DNA of 28,076 bases from a virus (IMGVR_UViG_3300050004_000004:1-28076), one strand, 5' to 3'. Counted from the stretch's first letter, positions 17,957 to 25,524 are shown. Translations and numbers: made by a program. The notes: generated by a model from the sequence alone, not told the origin.

Positions 17957-19524
17957 ACTGGCACATCCTCGTCGGCGTCGTCTTCAGCGCCTTCCTCCTC
18001 GCGCCGGGAATCCGCCTCGGCGTCATCCTGCTCTGCATTCAGGTTCGCGAATTGCTCCGTTTCCTGAATGATGAGCTGTAGCTCGTTGTCCTCCATTTCG
18101 TACCCGGCTTCCCGCAGCAGGCGCAGGCTTGTCTGGAGGCTGATCAGTGGGGGCGTTGCCATCCGCATTGTCATGATGTCGTCCAGCAGTTGCTTGCGGT
18201 TGACCGGGATCTTGTTTCCGATGGTGGGCTGCACCACGACGGCAGGGGTGGTCACACCGCCTTCGCCCGTCATCAGCAATGGCAGCTCTTCGTACACCGT
18301 CAACCAGAAACACAGGTCGTGGAACATCTGCGCGTGCACATCTATAATGTGCTGATCTTTCGGCTTGGTGTGCGCGATCATCGGGGCCAGCTGCAAGGCC
18401 AGTGCGATGCCGGATTCCGCCGTGGCACTGTCTACCTTGCCGATGGCTGCGTCGCTGGCCCCTAGCGCGCTGCGTACCGCGTCAACGAGCCGCGTGTAGT
18501 GGTCGCCGTAGGCAGCCAGACTCGTCGCCCCAGTGATGCGCCTGAGCCCCGGAGCCTGCGTGAGAACGCGCCCTGGCCCCATGATCCAGTCGACCTCGTT
18601 GCCCGCCTCGTCGCGCGGTGCCCCGCCATCGCTGGCGTACACCCCGATGCCCTCGATGGCGAGCGTAAGGTCCTCATCGCTGATGGTTTGGTTGATGCCT
18701 AGCAACGCGGACTCCAGCCCCCGCAGTTCACTTGAGCCGAACGGGGCTGTTGGGTCGATGTTCTTCAGGTGGTACACCGGAATCGCCGGTATCTCGGCGG
18801 GCAGCGGTTCCGGGCTGAGGATCACGCTGAACGGACTTGCCGCCGTACCCGCCCACTCGTCCGGCTTGTGCAGCGCGTGGCTTCGGATGATCTCTACCTG
18901 GTTGCCCGCCTCATCGAAAACGCGCTCGTACGTCATACGGCTGACGTATTCCTGCTTGTTCACTGTGATCGGTTCGGCCAGGTGCACGCGGACGATCTTG
19001 TCCGGGTCCCCGCCCTCGACCACATCCGCTTCGTACACGGGGAAGTAGGCTGCCGGGTCCACTGCCATGATCTTGATGCGCCGCCCGATTGGCTTGGCGT
19101 CGTCCGCGATGATGTGCCACAGCCAGTCGCCTCGGTAGAGGCCCTTCAGCTTGTTGCTGCTGAACTTGCTGAGGAACTGCTCTCGTGTGAACAGTGCCTC
19201 GAAGGCAAGCTGGGCAATCTGCACGGGGCCGCTGGCCGCCGTGTCGCCAGGCTCCGCACCGGGGGCCGTGATGGTGTAGTTGAAGTCCGGTGCGGTGTAC
19301 CGGTCCACGGCATTGATGAGCGTGCGCGCGGTCGGCATGAAGATGGGGTTGTCATTGTCGCCCCGCATTACCTCCAGGAAGCCCTCTTCGGACGACCAGT
19401 AGATCTCCTCGTACTTGCCGTACGCCTGAATGCGGATCTTGTCCGCCTCCGGCACCCATCCCGGTGCCTGGCCCAACCAGGGCTCGATGGTGGACCACTG
19501 CGTGAACACCGTAGGCGAAGTCAT
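17953..19524 (-). CDS. Portal protein, 523 aa
   Basis: Size and position; FGSSELRGLE and AESGIALALQLAP motifs; acidic C-terminal tail. Confidence 0.92.
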   Translation of the reverse strand: MTSPTVFTQWSTIEPWLGQAPGWVPEADKIRIQAYGKYEEIYWSSEEGFLEVMRGDNDNPIFMPTARTLINAVDRYTAPDFNYTITAPGAEPGDTAASGPVQIAQLAFEALFTREQFLSKFSSNKLKGLYRGDWLWHIIADDAKPIGRRIKIMAVDPAAYFPVYEADVVEGGDPDKIVRVHLAEPITVNKQEYVSRMTYERVFDEAGNQVEIIRSHALHKPDEWAGTAASPFSVILSPEPLPAEIPAIPVYHLKNIDPTAPFGSSELRGLESALLGINQTISDEDLTLAIEGIGVYASDGGAPRDEAGNEVDWIMGPGRVLTQAPGLRRITGATSLAAYGDHYTRLVDAVRSALGASDAAIGKVDSATAESGIALALQLAPMIAHTKPKDQHIIDVHAQMFHDLCFWLTVYEELPLLMTGEGGVTTPAVVVQPTIGNKIPVNRKQLLDDIMTMRMATPPLISLQTSLRLLREAGYEMEDNELQLIIQETEQFANLNAEQDDAEADSRREEEGAEDDADEDVPV

Positions 19525-19880
19525 CAGTTCTCCATTTCGTATTCGTAGACGCCATTCTCAGTTGCGACGAAGAACCGCATTCCTGGCAACATGTACTTCT
19601 TGTCCGTGTCGGACGGTCCGTCGGGGCCGTGTGGGTGGGTGTGCCATATCCCGAAGATGGCCTCCTCATCCTGCATGGCCACTGCCTGCCATTCCGGGTC
19701 CATTTGCCAGCTATGTTCGGGTCTCTTGGAAACGTTCGGCACGTCGAACACGAACTGATCGGTGTCGGGATCCGCACTGTTCATTATGAACCCACAGACC
19801 TCGCGGGGATGGGCGCGAAGCGCGCGCTTCATCAGGGCTTGCTTCACGGCCTCGCTCATTGCGTGCTTTGCCAGGGTCAT
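19524..19880 (-). CDS. JAB/MPN+ (JAMM, Mov34/Prok-JAB) metalloprotease, 118 aa
   Basis: PREVCG catalytic Glu plus exact HxH-x7-S-x2-D (HTHPHGPDGPSDTD); overlaps both terL (ATGA) and portal (TGATG). Confidence 0.92.
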   Translation of the reverse strand: MTLAKHAMSEAVKQALMKRALRAHPREVCGFIMNSADPDTDQFVFDVPNVSKRPEHSWQMDPEWQAVAMQDEEAIFGIWHTHPHGPDGPSDTDKKYMLPGMRFFVATENGVYEYEMEN

Positions 19881-21319
19881 CGTGCGCTCCTTGCCCTTCT
19901 GCGCGGTGTCACCGAGCGTGGTCCGCGTGTGTGCCTGGTGTTGCGAATGACGGGCGGCATCAATGCCTTCTCGCCGAAATGCCCCCTGAAGAAACGGCCG
20001 AGCGCTTCGGGCGCGTGGTCATCCTTCTTCATCGGCTCTTCTTTGGCGTTAGCCGATTCCTCGTCCTTCGTCTTCGGGTAGCGATACGCCTCCATTTCCG
20101 AAATCAACATCTTGCATTTCGGATTGACCAGCAGGCGCGGTCGCCGGTCCGGGTGGTCGTAGTCCAGGTGCTCGTTCTCGTCCTTGAGCCATTTGCGAAT
20201 AAGCTCGAGACGTACCTTGATCTCGCCACCCGTGTCGCCCATGGTTTGCAGGCGTAGCTTCTCGGCCAGTGTGTGGCTGGCTGCGGGGTCGGCAGGGTCG
20301 GGGTAGAGCCGAGTAGCCACCCGCGTCAGCGACGCGTGTGCGGCCGACTGAGCGTTGTTCTGAAGGTCGTACGCCACCTCTTCGGGGCTGCGGTGATTCT
20401 GGTAGTACTCGTCAATGACGTGCACGTGGTCCCACGGGTCCACCTGAATGAACAGCACCACCGAAGGGTTCGTCCAGCCGTAGTCCGTGGCAAGGAATAC
20501 TGGCCATGCCGGGTTGTATTCCGCGAGGTGGCTATCGACGTGCCATTCCTCGTCCCAGTCCTTGAATACCTGCCCGACGTACTTGCCGAACTTCGCTAGG
20601 ACTTCCTGTGCCCCCATTTCCTCGGACATGCCTCGCAGCATAGAGAGGATCTCAGGGTCATCCTTGCCCAGCGGGAATACTCTCTCATTAGCGTAAGACG
20701 GAAAGCGAAAGCTTTCCCACTCCGGATCAGTACCGTGCTGACCCACGCCCCATAGGTCATAGAACCAGTTCCTTCCCTCTGGCGTGGAATTGAACTTGCC
20801 CCACCCGCGAAAGTCCGCCAGCGTCGGGCGGATGTACTGGTCCCAGATGCGCCGCTTCATCTTGGCGGCCTCGGCCATGATCACACCGGAAAGGCCCTCA
20901 CCGACCAGGTTCTCCGGATACTTGGCGGACTGCGCCTTCAGCAGGAAACGGCCACCCCATAGCGACACCTGCATGTCGCCGCCACGCGAGTCGTAATAGG
21001 TACCAGGCTTGTCGAACGGCATCTGCAATGCCTTGGCCTTGTTATGGAAGGCACGGAACTCTTTCTCCGAGTCGGTATACTGCGGACCCGTGATCCAGTA
21101 CTCGTGACGGATACCCAGCTCGGCCAGGTGGTCCTTCTGCATGTACGCCCGATAGCACTCGGGAATGAGCTCCATGCCTCCCGCCGTGGACTTGCCGGTA
21201 CGACGACCAGCGGCGACCACTTGGAACCGTGCGCGGGACGCGTGAATGCGACGTTGTGCCTTGTTCGGCACATAGCCGATTTTCGCCCACGTCTGATTCT
21301 TAGCGATCACCAATGCCAC
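19877..21319 (-). CDS. terL: Terminase large subunit, 480 aa
   Basis: Q motif (NKAQ), Walker A AGRRTGKST, variant Walker B VIMAE, C-motif STP, nuclease motifs TDYGWTNP, DPAD and DDHAPEA; AGGAG SD. Confidence 0.95.
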   Translation of the reverse strand: MALVIAKNQTWAKIGYVPNKAQRRIHASRARFQVVAAGRRTGKSTAGGMELIPECYRAYMQKDHLAELGIRHEYWITGPQYTDSEKEFRAFHNKAKALQMPFDKPGTYYDSRGGDMQVSLWGGRFLLKAQSAKYPENLVGEGLSGVIMAEAAKMKRRIWDQYIRPTLADFRGWGKFNSTPEGRNWFYDLWGVGQHGTDPEWESFRFPSYANERVFPLGKDDPEILSMLRGMSEEMGAQEVLAKFGKYVGQVFKDWDEEWHVDSHLAEYNPAWPVFLATDYGWTNPSVVLFIQVDPWDHVHVIDEYYQNHRSPEEVAYDLQNNAQSAAHASLTRVATRLYPDPADPAASHTLAEKLRLQTMGDTGGEIKVRLELIRKWLKDENEHLDYDHPDRRPRLLVNPKCKMLISEMEAYRYPKTKDEESANAKEEPMKKDDHAPEALGRFFRGHFGEKALMPPVIRNTRHTRGPRSVTPRRRARSAR

Positions 21320-21328
21320 GACTGTCTC

Positions 21329-21502
21329 CTAGGGGAATTCGTTCCAGACGTCCGTCGGGACGTAGTCGCGGTCCTGCCTGCGCCGTACGGCGGCTCGGTA
21401 GTACGACCCGAGCTTCGCGCCACGGGCAGGGTTGACAACCTCGACGCGTTCCACCGCAGGCACCAGGTTCACCTTCACGGTGACTTCTGGGCTAGTGGCC
21501 AT
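21329..21502 (-). CDS. 57-aa hypothetical protein (MATSPEVTVKVNLV...VWNEFP)
   Basis: Below the track cutoff; GAGGAGG SD, TAATG overlap, stop merges into the terL SD. Confidence 0.7.
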   Translation of the reverse strand: MATSPEVTVKVNLVPAVERVEVVNPARGAKLGSYYRAAVRRRQDRDYVPTDVWNEFP

Positions 21503-21576
21503 TACTTCCTCCTCTTGCGGTTGCGCTTCAACCGCTTGTCCCTCGGGGTGCCCTTGCTGGGCTTGCCCTTGGCCAT
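21502..21576 (-). CDS. 24-aa highly basic peptide MAKGKPSKGTPRDKRLKRNRKRRK
   Basis: AGGGAG SD; high GC3; stop overlaps the next ATG. Confidence 0.65.
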   Translation of the reverse strand: MAKGKPSKGTPRDKRLKRNRKRRK

Positions 21577-21596
21577 CACCACTCCCTATTCCTCAT
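21576..21596 (-). CDS. 6-aa mini-ORF MRNREW
   Basis: Perfect GGAGGTGA SD (21604-21611) 7 nt upstream; TGATG overlap with the next ORF. Confidence 0.4.
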   Translation of the reverse strand: MRNREW

Positions 21597-21633
21597 TTGG
21601 GATTCACCTCCAGCAATCACCAGGCACCGGAAG

Positions 21634-21663
21634 GATACCCGCGCGTACACCTGCGCGGATACC
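21634..21663 (-). terminator. Hairpin, possible weak terminator or processing site
   Basis: Minus strand GGTATCCGCGC-AGGTGTAC-GCGCGGGTATC: 11-bp stem with two G-U pairs directly after a stop codon; no U tract. Confidence 0.4.
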
Positions 21664-21908
21664 TAGCCCTTCTGGGCCAGTGCTGGCCTACGAGACGTTG
21701 CCTTGCGCCAGTTGCGCGCGGCAATGGCAATCATGCCGACGTTCAGCAGCCAGAAGCCAAACTGGCCGCTCGTGGCGGCATACCCGAGGAACACTGCGTG
21801 TGCCCCGATCAGCAGCGGCCACGCGGCAACGCGCCCTGAACCGGCCAGCCATACGCTGCCCAGTGATCCAGCCCCGACGGCCAATTGCACGATGGTTGCT
21901 ACGTTCAC
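21663..21908 (-). CDS. 81-aa three-helix membrane protein, half-size PnuC/SemiSWEET-like
   Basis: Three hydrophobic segments; WLAG.....W, YA...GQFGF and RNW motifs; GTGA overlap. Confidence 0.65.
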   Translation of the reverse strand: MNVATIVQLAVGAGSLGSVWLAGSGRVAAWPLLIGAHAVFLGYAATSGQFGFWLLNVGMIAIAARNWRKATSRRPALAQKG

Positions 21909-22015
21909 TTCTTCCTACGCTTCCTTTTCCGCTTGCGGTGCTTGGCCCAGCGACGAGCCATTCTCGGTTTGTTGGCAAACATCCACCTACGTTGTCTTTC
22001 CGACTTGAAAGGCAT
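21905..22015 (-). CDS. 36-aa basic peptide MPFKSERQRRWMFANKPRMARRWAKHRKRKRKRRKK
   Basis: GGAGGGGAG SD; fills the gap exactly, with its stop overlapping the next GTG; MPFKS..QRRW..AN.P..A.RW resembles a recurrent small phage family (from memory). Confidence 0.75.
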   Translation of the reverse strand: MPFKSERQRRWMFANKPRMARRWAKHRKRKRKRRKK

Positions 22016-22271
22016 CGCTCCCCTCCGGTATTAGCTTCCTGATTTGGGTCAACCATTCCCCGGTCGGTCCAGGCCATTCCGGCATGATGCGGCGCACGGT
22101 CATCACCATGCTGATCGCGATGAGCCGCCACTGCTCCGGGTCCTGTTCTTCCTTGGCGCGCCTGATGAGTGGCGGCAAGGTGGTGCGCAACAGCCGCCGT
22201 TGATCCCCTGACGCGTCGTGCAGGGCCGCGCCGAAGTACAACACGAACGCTGCGCTTCCACCAATGCTCAT
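21987..22271 (-). CDS. Hypothetical protein, 94 aa
   Basis: ATGA-coupled to the upstream gene; helical composition. Confidence 0.65.
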   Translation of the reverse strand: MSIGGSAAFVLYFGAALHDASGDQRRLLRTTLPPLIRRAKEEQDPEQWRLIAISMVMTVRRIMPEWPGPTGEWLTQIRKLIPEGSDAFQVGKTT

Positions 22272-23041
22272 TGTGAACGCCTTCGGCGTCGGCTGCGGGA
22301 GGGCTGGGGAGGTTCGTCGTCATCGTCTTCGGACAGTTCGAATTCCCCCTCCACGACCATGCCGCCCTCAATGCGTGCGCGCCCTGCGTTTACCTGGTCA
22401 TCGCTCACCTCGGCCACAATGCCGTCTAGAACGGTCTGCCACGGCTTGTCACCGCTGACCATGAGCCGCTCCGGCACCTTGCCCTCAATGCGCTCAACGA
22501 CCGCCTGAGCCGCCCGCAGGCGTTCACCTGGCGTGGCGAGCTGACCCACTGGGCCTCGGCCGCAGGCAATGTCGGTCATCGCCTTGATGGCTTCGGTGTA
22601 GCTGCCCAACCACAGCTCCTGACCGCGCGTCATCAGCTCGTGTAAGCACGCCTGCTGGAACTCGCGCGGCACCCACTTCGGGGGTCTACCACGGAAGCCG
22701 CCTGCCGAGTCGCGCAACCGACCGCGCACCAGCTCTTCTACGCTGAGGCCCTGCACGAACTCGGCCATGGTCATTCCGGTGTCCTTCAAGATCCTCTCCA
22801 TTCTGACCCATGCCCTGCTCATGCGCACTTTCCCTTTCAGGACCGTGCGTTGCCTTTCCGTCAACAGGTGGTGCGTCTGTGTGGGTACGCGAAAGCGCTG
22901 ACGCAGTACGCCAGCGCGTTCGATTGTTGTTCCGCCCCGCTCATCCCCGTTGTCCAGGAATTCAATCACCGGGGTCAGCGGGTCCTTCTTCCTGCGCCTC
23001 TCCCGATGACGAGCCGCCTGGCTCTTCACTACCTTCGGCAT
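22268..23041 (-). CDS. Putative terminase small subunit, 257 aa
   Basis: AAGGAGG SD; EELVRGRLRD..G.FRGRPP and RLRAAQ.VVERIEGK.PE resemble actinophage TerS-position proteins; upstream of terL. Confidence 0.6.
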   Translation of the reverse strand: MPKVVKSQAARHRERRRKKDPLTPVIEFLDNGDERGGTTIERAGVLRQRFRVPTQTHHLLTERQRTVLKGKVRMSRAWVRMERILKDTGMTMAEFVQGLSVEELVRGRLRDSAGGFRGRPPKWVPREFQQACLHELMTRGQELWLGSYTEAIKAMTDIACGRGPVGQLATPGERLRAAQAVVERIEGKVPERLMVSGDKPWQTVLDGIVAEVSDDQVNAGRARIEGGMVVEGEFELSEDDDDEPPQPSRSRRRRRSQ

Positions 23042-23393
23042 CGGCTATCTCCCTCCTTATTTCCTGCAGGCGGTTGCGGTACCACGTTGGGTCCGCGTCC
23101 GGTGTCACGTCGTCCCGTTCCAGCAATTCCTCAACCATACGAATGAGGCGGTTCACAATGCTCGGTTCACTGTGAATGTTCGTTGCGCGCAGGCGTCCGG
23201 GTAGCCCCCGGTTGTTCTTGCGTGCAGGCTCGCCCGACGCCTCCACTTCGCAGTGCTCGGCGATGCTCCGCTCGTCCTCCGGATAGGGACGAACTACGCT
23301 GCCTGCTGCCCATTCATTCATTGGCCCCTCCGGCCACTCGTACACTCGTGTCAGCCCTGCGCTGACCCTTCCGAACAGTTCACTGTGGTCCAT
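22962..23393 (-). CDS. Hypothetical protein, 143 aa
   Basis: Tiles the operon; acidic; its 3' end overlaps the putative TerS by 80 nt. Confidence 0.6.
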   Translation of the reverse strand: MDHSELFGRVSAGLTRVYEWPEGPMNEWAAGSVVRPYPEDERSIAEHCEVEASGEPARKNNRGLPGRLRATNIHSEPSIVNRLIRMVEELLERDDVTPDADPTWYRNRLQEIRREIADAEGSEEPGGSSSGEAQEEGPADPGD

Positions 23394-23416
23394 CCGGTCC
23401 CAGCGAACCCCGCGCG

Positions 23417-23893
23417 CTACAGCAACCCCTGGTGTGCGTCACACCGTGCGATGGCCGTACGTGCCCCGTGTACGTCCTGCAGGTAAGTATCGGTGTGCTT
23501 GGCCACCTCGCCGCACACGACGTAGACAGGCAGCCCGCTGCCGACCGAGCGGCCAGCCGTGATGGTGCGCTTGCCGCACTTCGGCCAGGACACAGTGAAC
23601 TTGTGGCGCGGCAGCAGCGAGGCCAACAGGTCCATGGTCTTGACGGGGTCGTACCGGCGCACTTTATCATCCCAGCCTTCGTTGCTGCGCTTGCCGTACG
23701 CGCGCCACTCCTCGTCGGTGAGCCGGGGCTCAATGCGGATAGCCCAGCCCACATCGGACCACCGACCGAGCCAACTGCACGCGGCATCCGGCGAGGCTGC
23801 AGGTACGCGGGTGGCCTTGGCGTAGTTCACTGGAATACCAGCGGCCTCGTACGCGTCTCGCACGATGGCCCCGATGTTCTTTGGCTCATTCAT
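23417..23893 (-). CDS. Hypothetical protein, about 158 aa, with Cys/His motifs
   Basis: ATG 23893 in TGATG overlap; KCGK, VCGE and RCDAH. Confidence 0.6.
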   Translation of the reverse strand: MNEPKNIGAIVRDAYEAAGIPVNYAKATRVPAASPDAACSWLGRWSDVGWAIRIEPRLTDEEWRAYGKRSNEGWDDKVRRYDPVKTMDLLASLLPRHKFTVSWPKCGKRTITAGRSVGSGLPVYVVCGEVAKHTDTYLQDVHGARTAIARCDAHQGLL

Positions 23894-24471
23894 CAGAACA
23901 ACCAATCCCCTAGGTTCCGCGCCGGACGCGGATTGAGCCGCGTCTCGTTCTCGAATGTCCGGTCACTTGAGACAGTGTCCTCACGCATGACCATCCGTGC
24001 GCTCCCGAGCATGAAGTCCACTGCCCCGGTCACGACCACTTGCCCGCGCACGAAGTACTGCGATGGGCACTCACGCAGATGCGTAGTGTCTTCGAGCGTG
24101 TGACAGCACCCGCGATACGGGACCAGCCGCAGGTGCTGTGCGTACACGGTCTGAACGTCGGGATGCCTGCGCCGCACGCCCTCCGGGCCACCGAGCAAAA
24201 CGCGACCCTCCTCGTTACGCGAGCAGGCCATGTTCTGTGGATCGTGATCACATCCCGGAACTCGGCAATAGCCCAGCCCGACCTGATTCTCGTGCCAGTC
24301 AGGATGCGTGTTCGGCGGGATACCCGCCAGCTCGCGAACGATCTCCGTGCCGGGGAACGTTACCTCCATATGCCAGTCGTGGTCATCGGAAACCACACGA
24401 TCATCCTGCGCTTCCTGCGTGGCGTAGTACTGCCTTTCCGCAAAAGGCTGTTCCCGTTCCTTATCGGCCAT
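23893..24471 (-). CDS. Hypothetical Cys/His-rich protein, 192 aa
   Basis: Coupled to both neighbours; CRVPGCDH and GCCH...HLRECP. Confidence 0.6.
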   Translation of the reverse strand: MADKEREQPFAERQYYATQEAQDDRVVSDDHDWHMEVTFPGTEIVRELAGIPPNTHPDWHENQVGLGYCRVPGCDHDPQNMACSRNEEGRVLLGGPEGVRRRHPDVQTVYAQHLRLVPYRGCCHTLEDTTHLRECPSQYFVRGQVVVTGAVDFMLGSARMVMREDTVSSDRTFENETRLNPRPARNLGDWLF

Positions 24472-24667
24472 TCTGCTTGATCCTGTCTATCCGAGCCTGC
24501 CTGCGAATGTCGTCCGCGACGGATTCAATTGACGAAGCCGGGTCTGCCGGATCAGTCAACTGTGCCAGCATCAACAGCTCGTTGCTGTCATCATTCACGT
24601 CGTGCGGCTCCGGCTGCACGAGACCCGGATAGCCACCGTATTCTGAACCGCCTCGTGGATATGTCAT
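24461..24667 (-). CDS. Hypothetical acidic protein, about 68 aa, first gene after the control region
   Basis: ATG 24667 after GAGGGG; overlaps the next gene. Confidence 0.55.
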   Translation of the reverse strand: MTYPRGGSEYGGYPGLVQPEPHDVNDDSNELLMLAQLTDPADPASSIESVADDIRRQARIDRIKQNGR

Positions 24668-24736
24668 GCCTACCAACCCCTCGTAAGAGTATCGAGTACG
24701 CCTACGCGCCTTTCGGTTCTGACGATTTCTGAACTT

Positions 24737-24764
24737 AGTTTATCACGCCCAGAATGAGGAACAA
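24737..24764 (-). promoter_or_regulatory. Candidate sigma70-type promoter for the packaging/structural operon
   Basis: Minus strand TTGTTC-16 nt-TAAACT with extended -10 TGn, in the largest and most AT-rich intergenic gap. Confidence 0.45.
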
Positions 24765-24828
24765 TGAGACCCTAACTGAGAGCAAACAATCAAACGATTG
24801 AACTAGTCCTCCCTATAGTAGAACTAAG

Positions 24829-24855
24829 TCTTTCTTTCTTTCTTTCTTTCTTTCT
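24829..24855. repeat. Tetranucleotide tandem repeat (CTTT)6
   Basis: t-(cttt)6-ct read directly from the sequence. Confidence 0.95.
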
Positions 24856-24873
24856 AGTTACTCACTTGTGACT

Positions 24874-25524
24874 TTAACTGCAAAGATCATCTTCGCTCAG
24901 CCACGGCATTCGACTCTCCATTTCCTGGAGCGCCCCGCCTAGGGCCAGCCCGCGCATCACCAGTGCCCCATAGCGGGTGGCGTCCCGTTGGTGTTCGCCG
25001 CTGGCACCGTCCGGGCCAGACCACAGGTTGTACATCCGCAACCGATGGTCCGTGAACACCTTCATAGCGTCCACAATGGAAGCCCGCACAAACGGGAAGG
25101 GAGCGCGCCACGACAACGACCTGAACATTGACTGCACCCGCACTGGCGACAACAACGTCTCATCGTCACCGATCATGCGCAGCTTGAACCCCTCCCCCAC
25201 CACGACAAACAAGTCGGACTCCCGGCCGAGGCCGAACTCCCCGTCGCCGTACATCCAGGTTCCCCGCACCAACGCCATCATCAGCTCGGCCTGCCACGGC
25301 TCCGGCCCCACAAATCGCCCCGCGCTCCAAGCCCAGCGGCTAGGGTCAACAGGCCCGAGGGCGGCTCCCCGCAGCCCGCCCGTGATCAGTGCGTCCACCG
25401 CGACTCTGCCAACAAACCAGCCCGTCGTGACCCCCTCATCGAAGGCCACGACGAACAACCGCTGCACGTCGGTCAGGGGAGCGTCCAACCCTGGCTTGAT
25501 CGTGCGGACCTGGTCGGGGATCAC
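24874..25524 (-). CDS. RuvC-like (RNase H fold) resolvase/nuclease, 216 aa
   Basis: VVAFDEGVTTGW (strand-1 Asp), VVVGEGF (Glu), EHQRDATRY (C-terminal helix Asp); GGAGGTGA SD. Confidence 0.75.
   Translation of the reverse strand: MIPDQVRTIKPGLDAPLTDVQRLFVVAFDEGVTTGWFVGRVAVDALITGGLRGAALGPVDPSRWAWSAGRFVGPEPWQAELMMALVRGTWMYGDGEFGLGRESDLFVVVGEGFKLRMIGDDETLLSPVRVQSMFRSLSWRAPFPFVRASIVDAMKVFTDHRLRMYNLWSGPDGASGEHQRDATRYGALVMRGLALGGALQEMESRMPWLSEDDLCS

Noticed and set aside
24809-24819. Minus-strand ACTATAGGGAG, identical to part of the T7 promoter
   Set aside because: The upstream specificity region (TAATACGACTC) does not match, I saw one copy only, and no single-subunit RNA polymerase is in the window; likely chance.
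24874-25524. RuvC-fold protein as TnpB/Cas12-like or a transposase
   Set aside because: Only 216 aa, no zinc finger or REC/WED region, no IS ends; fits a phage resolvase.
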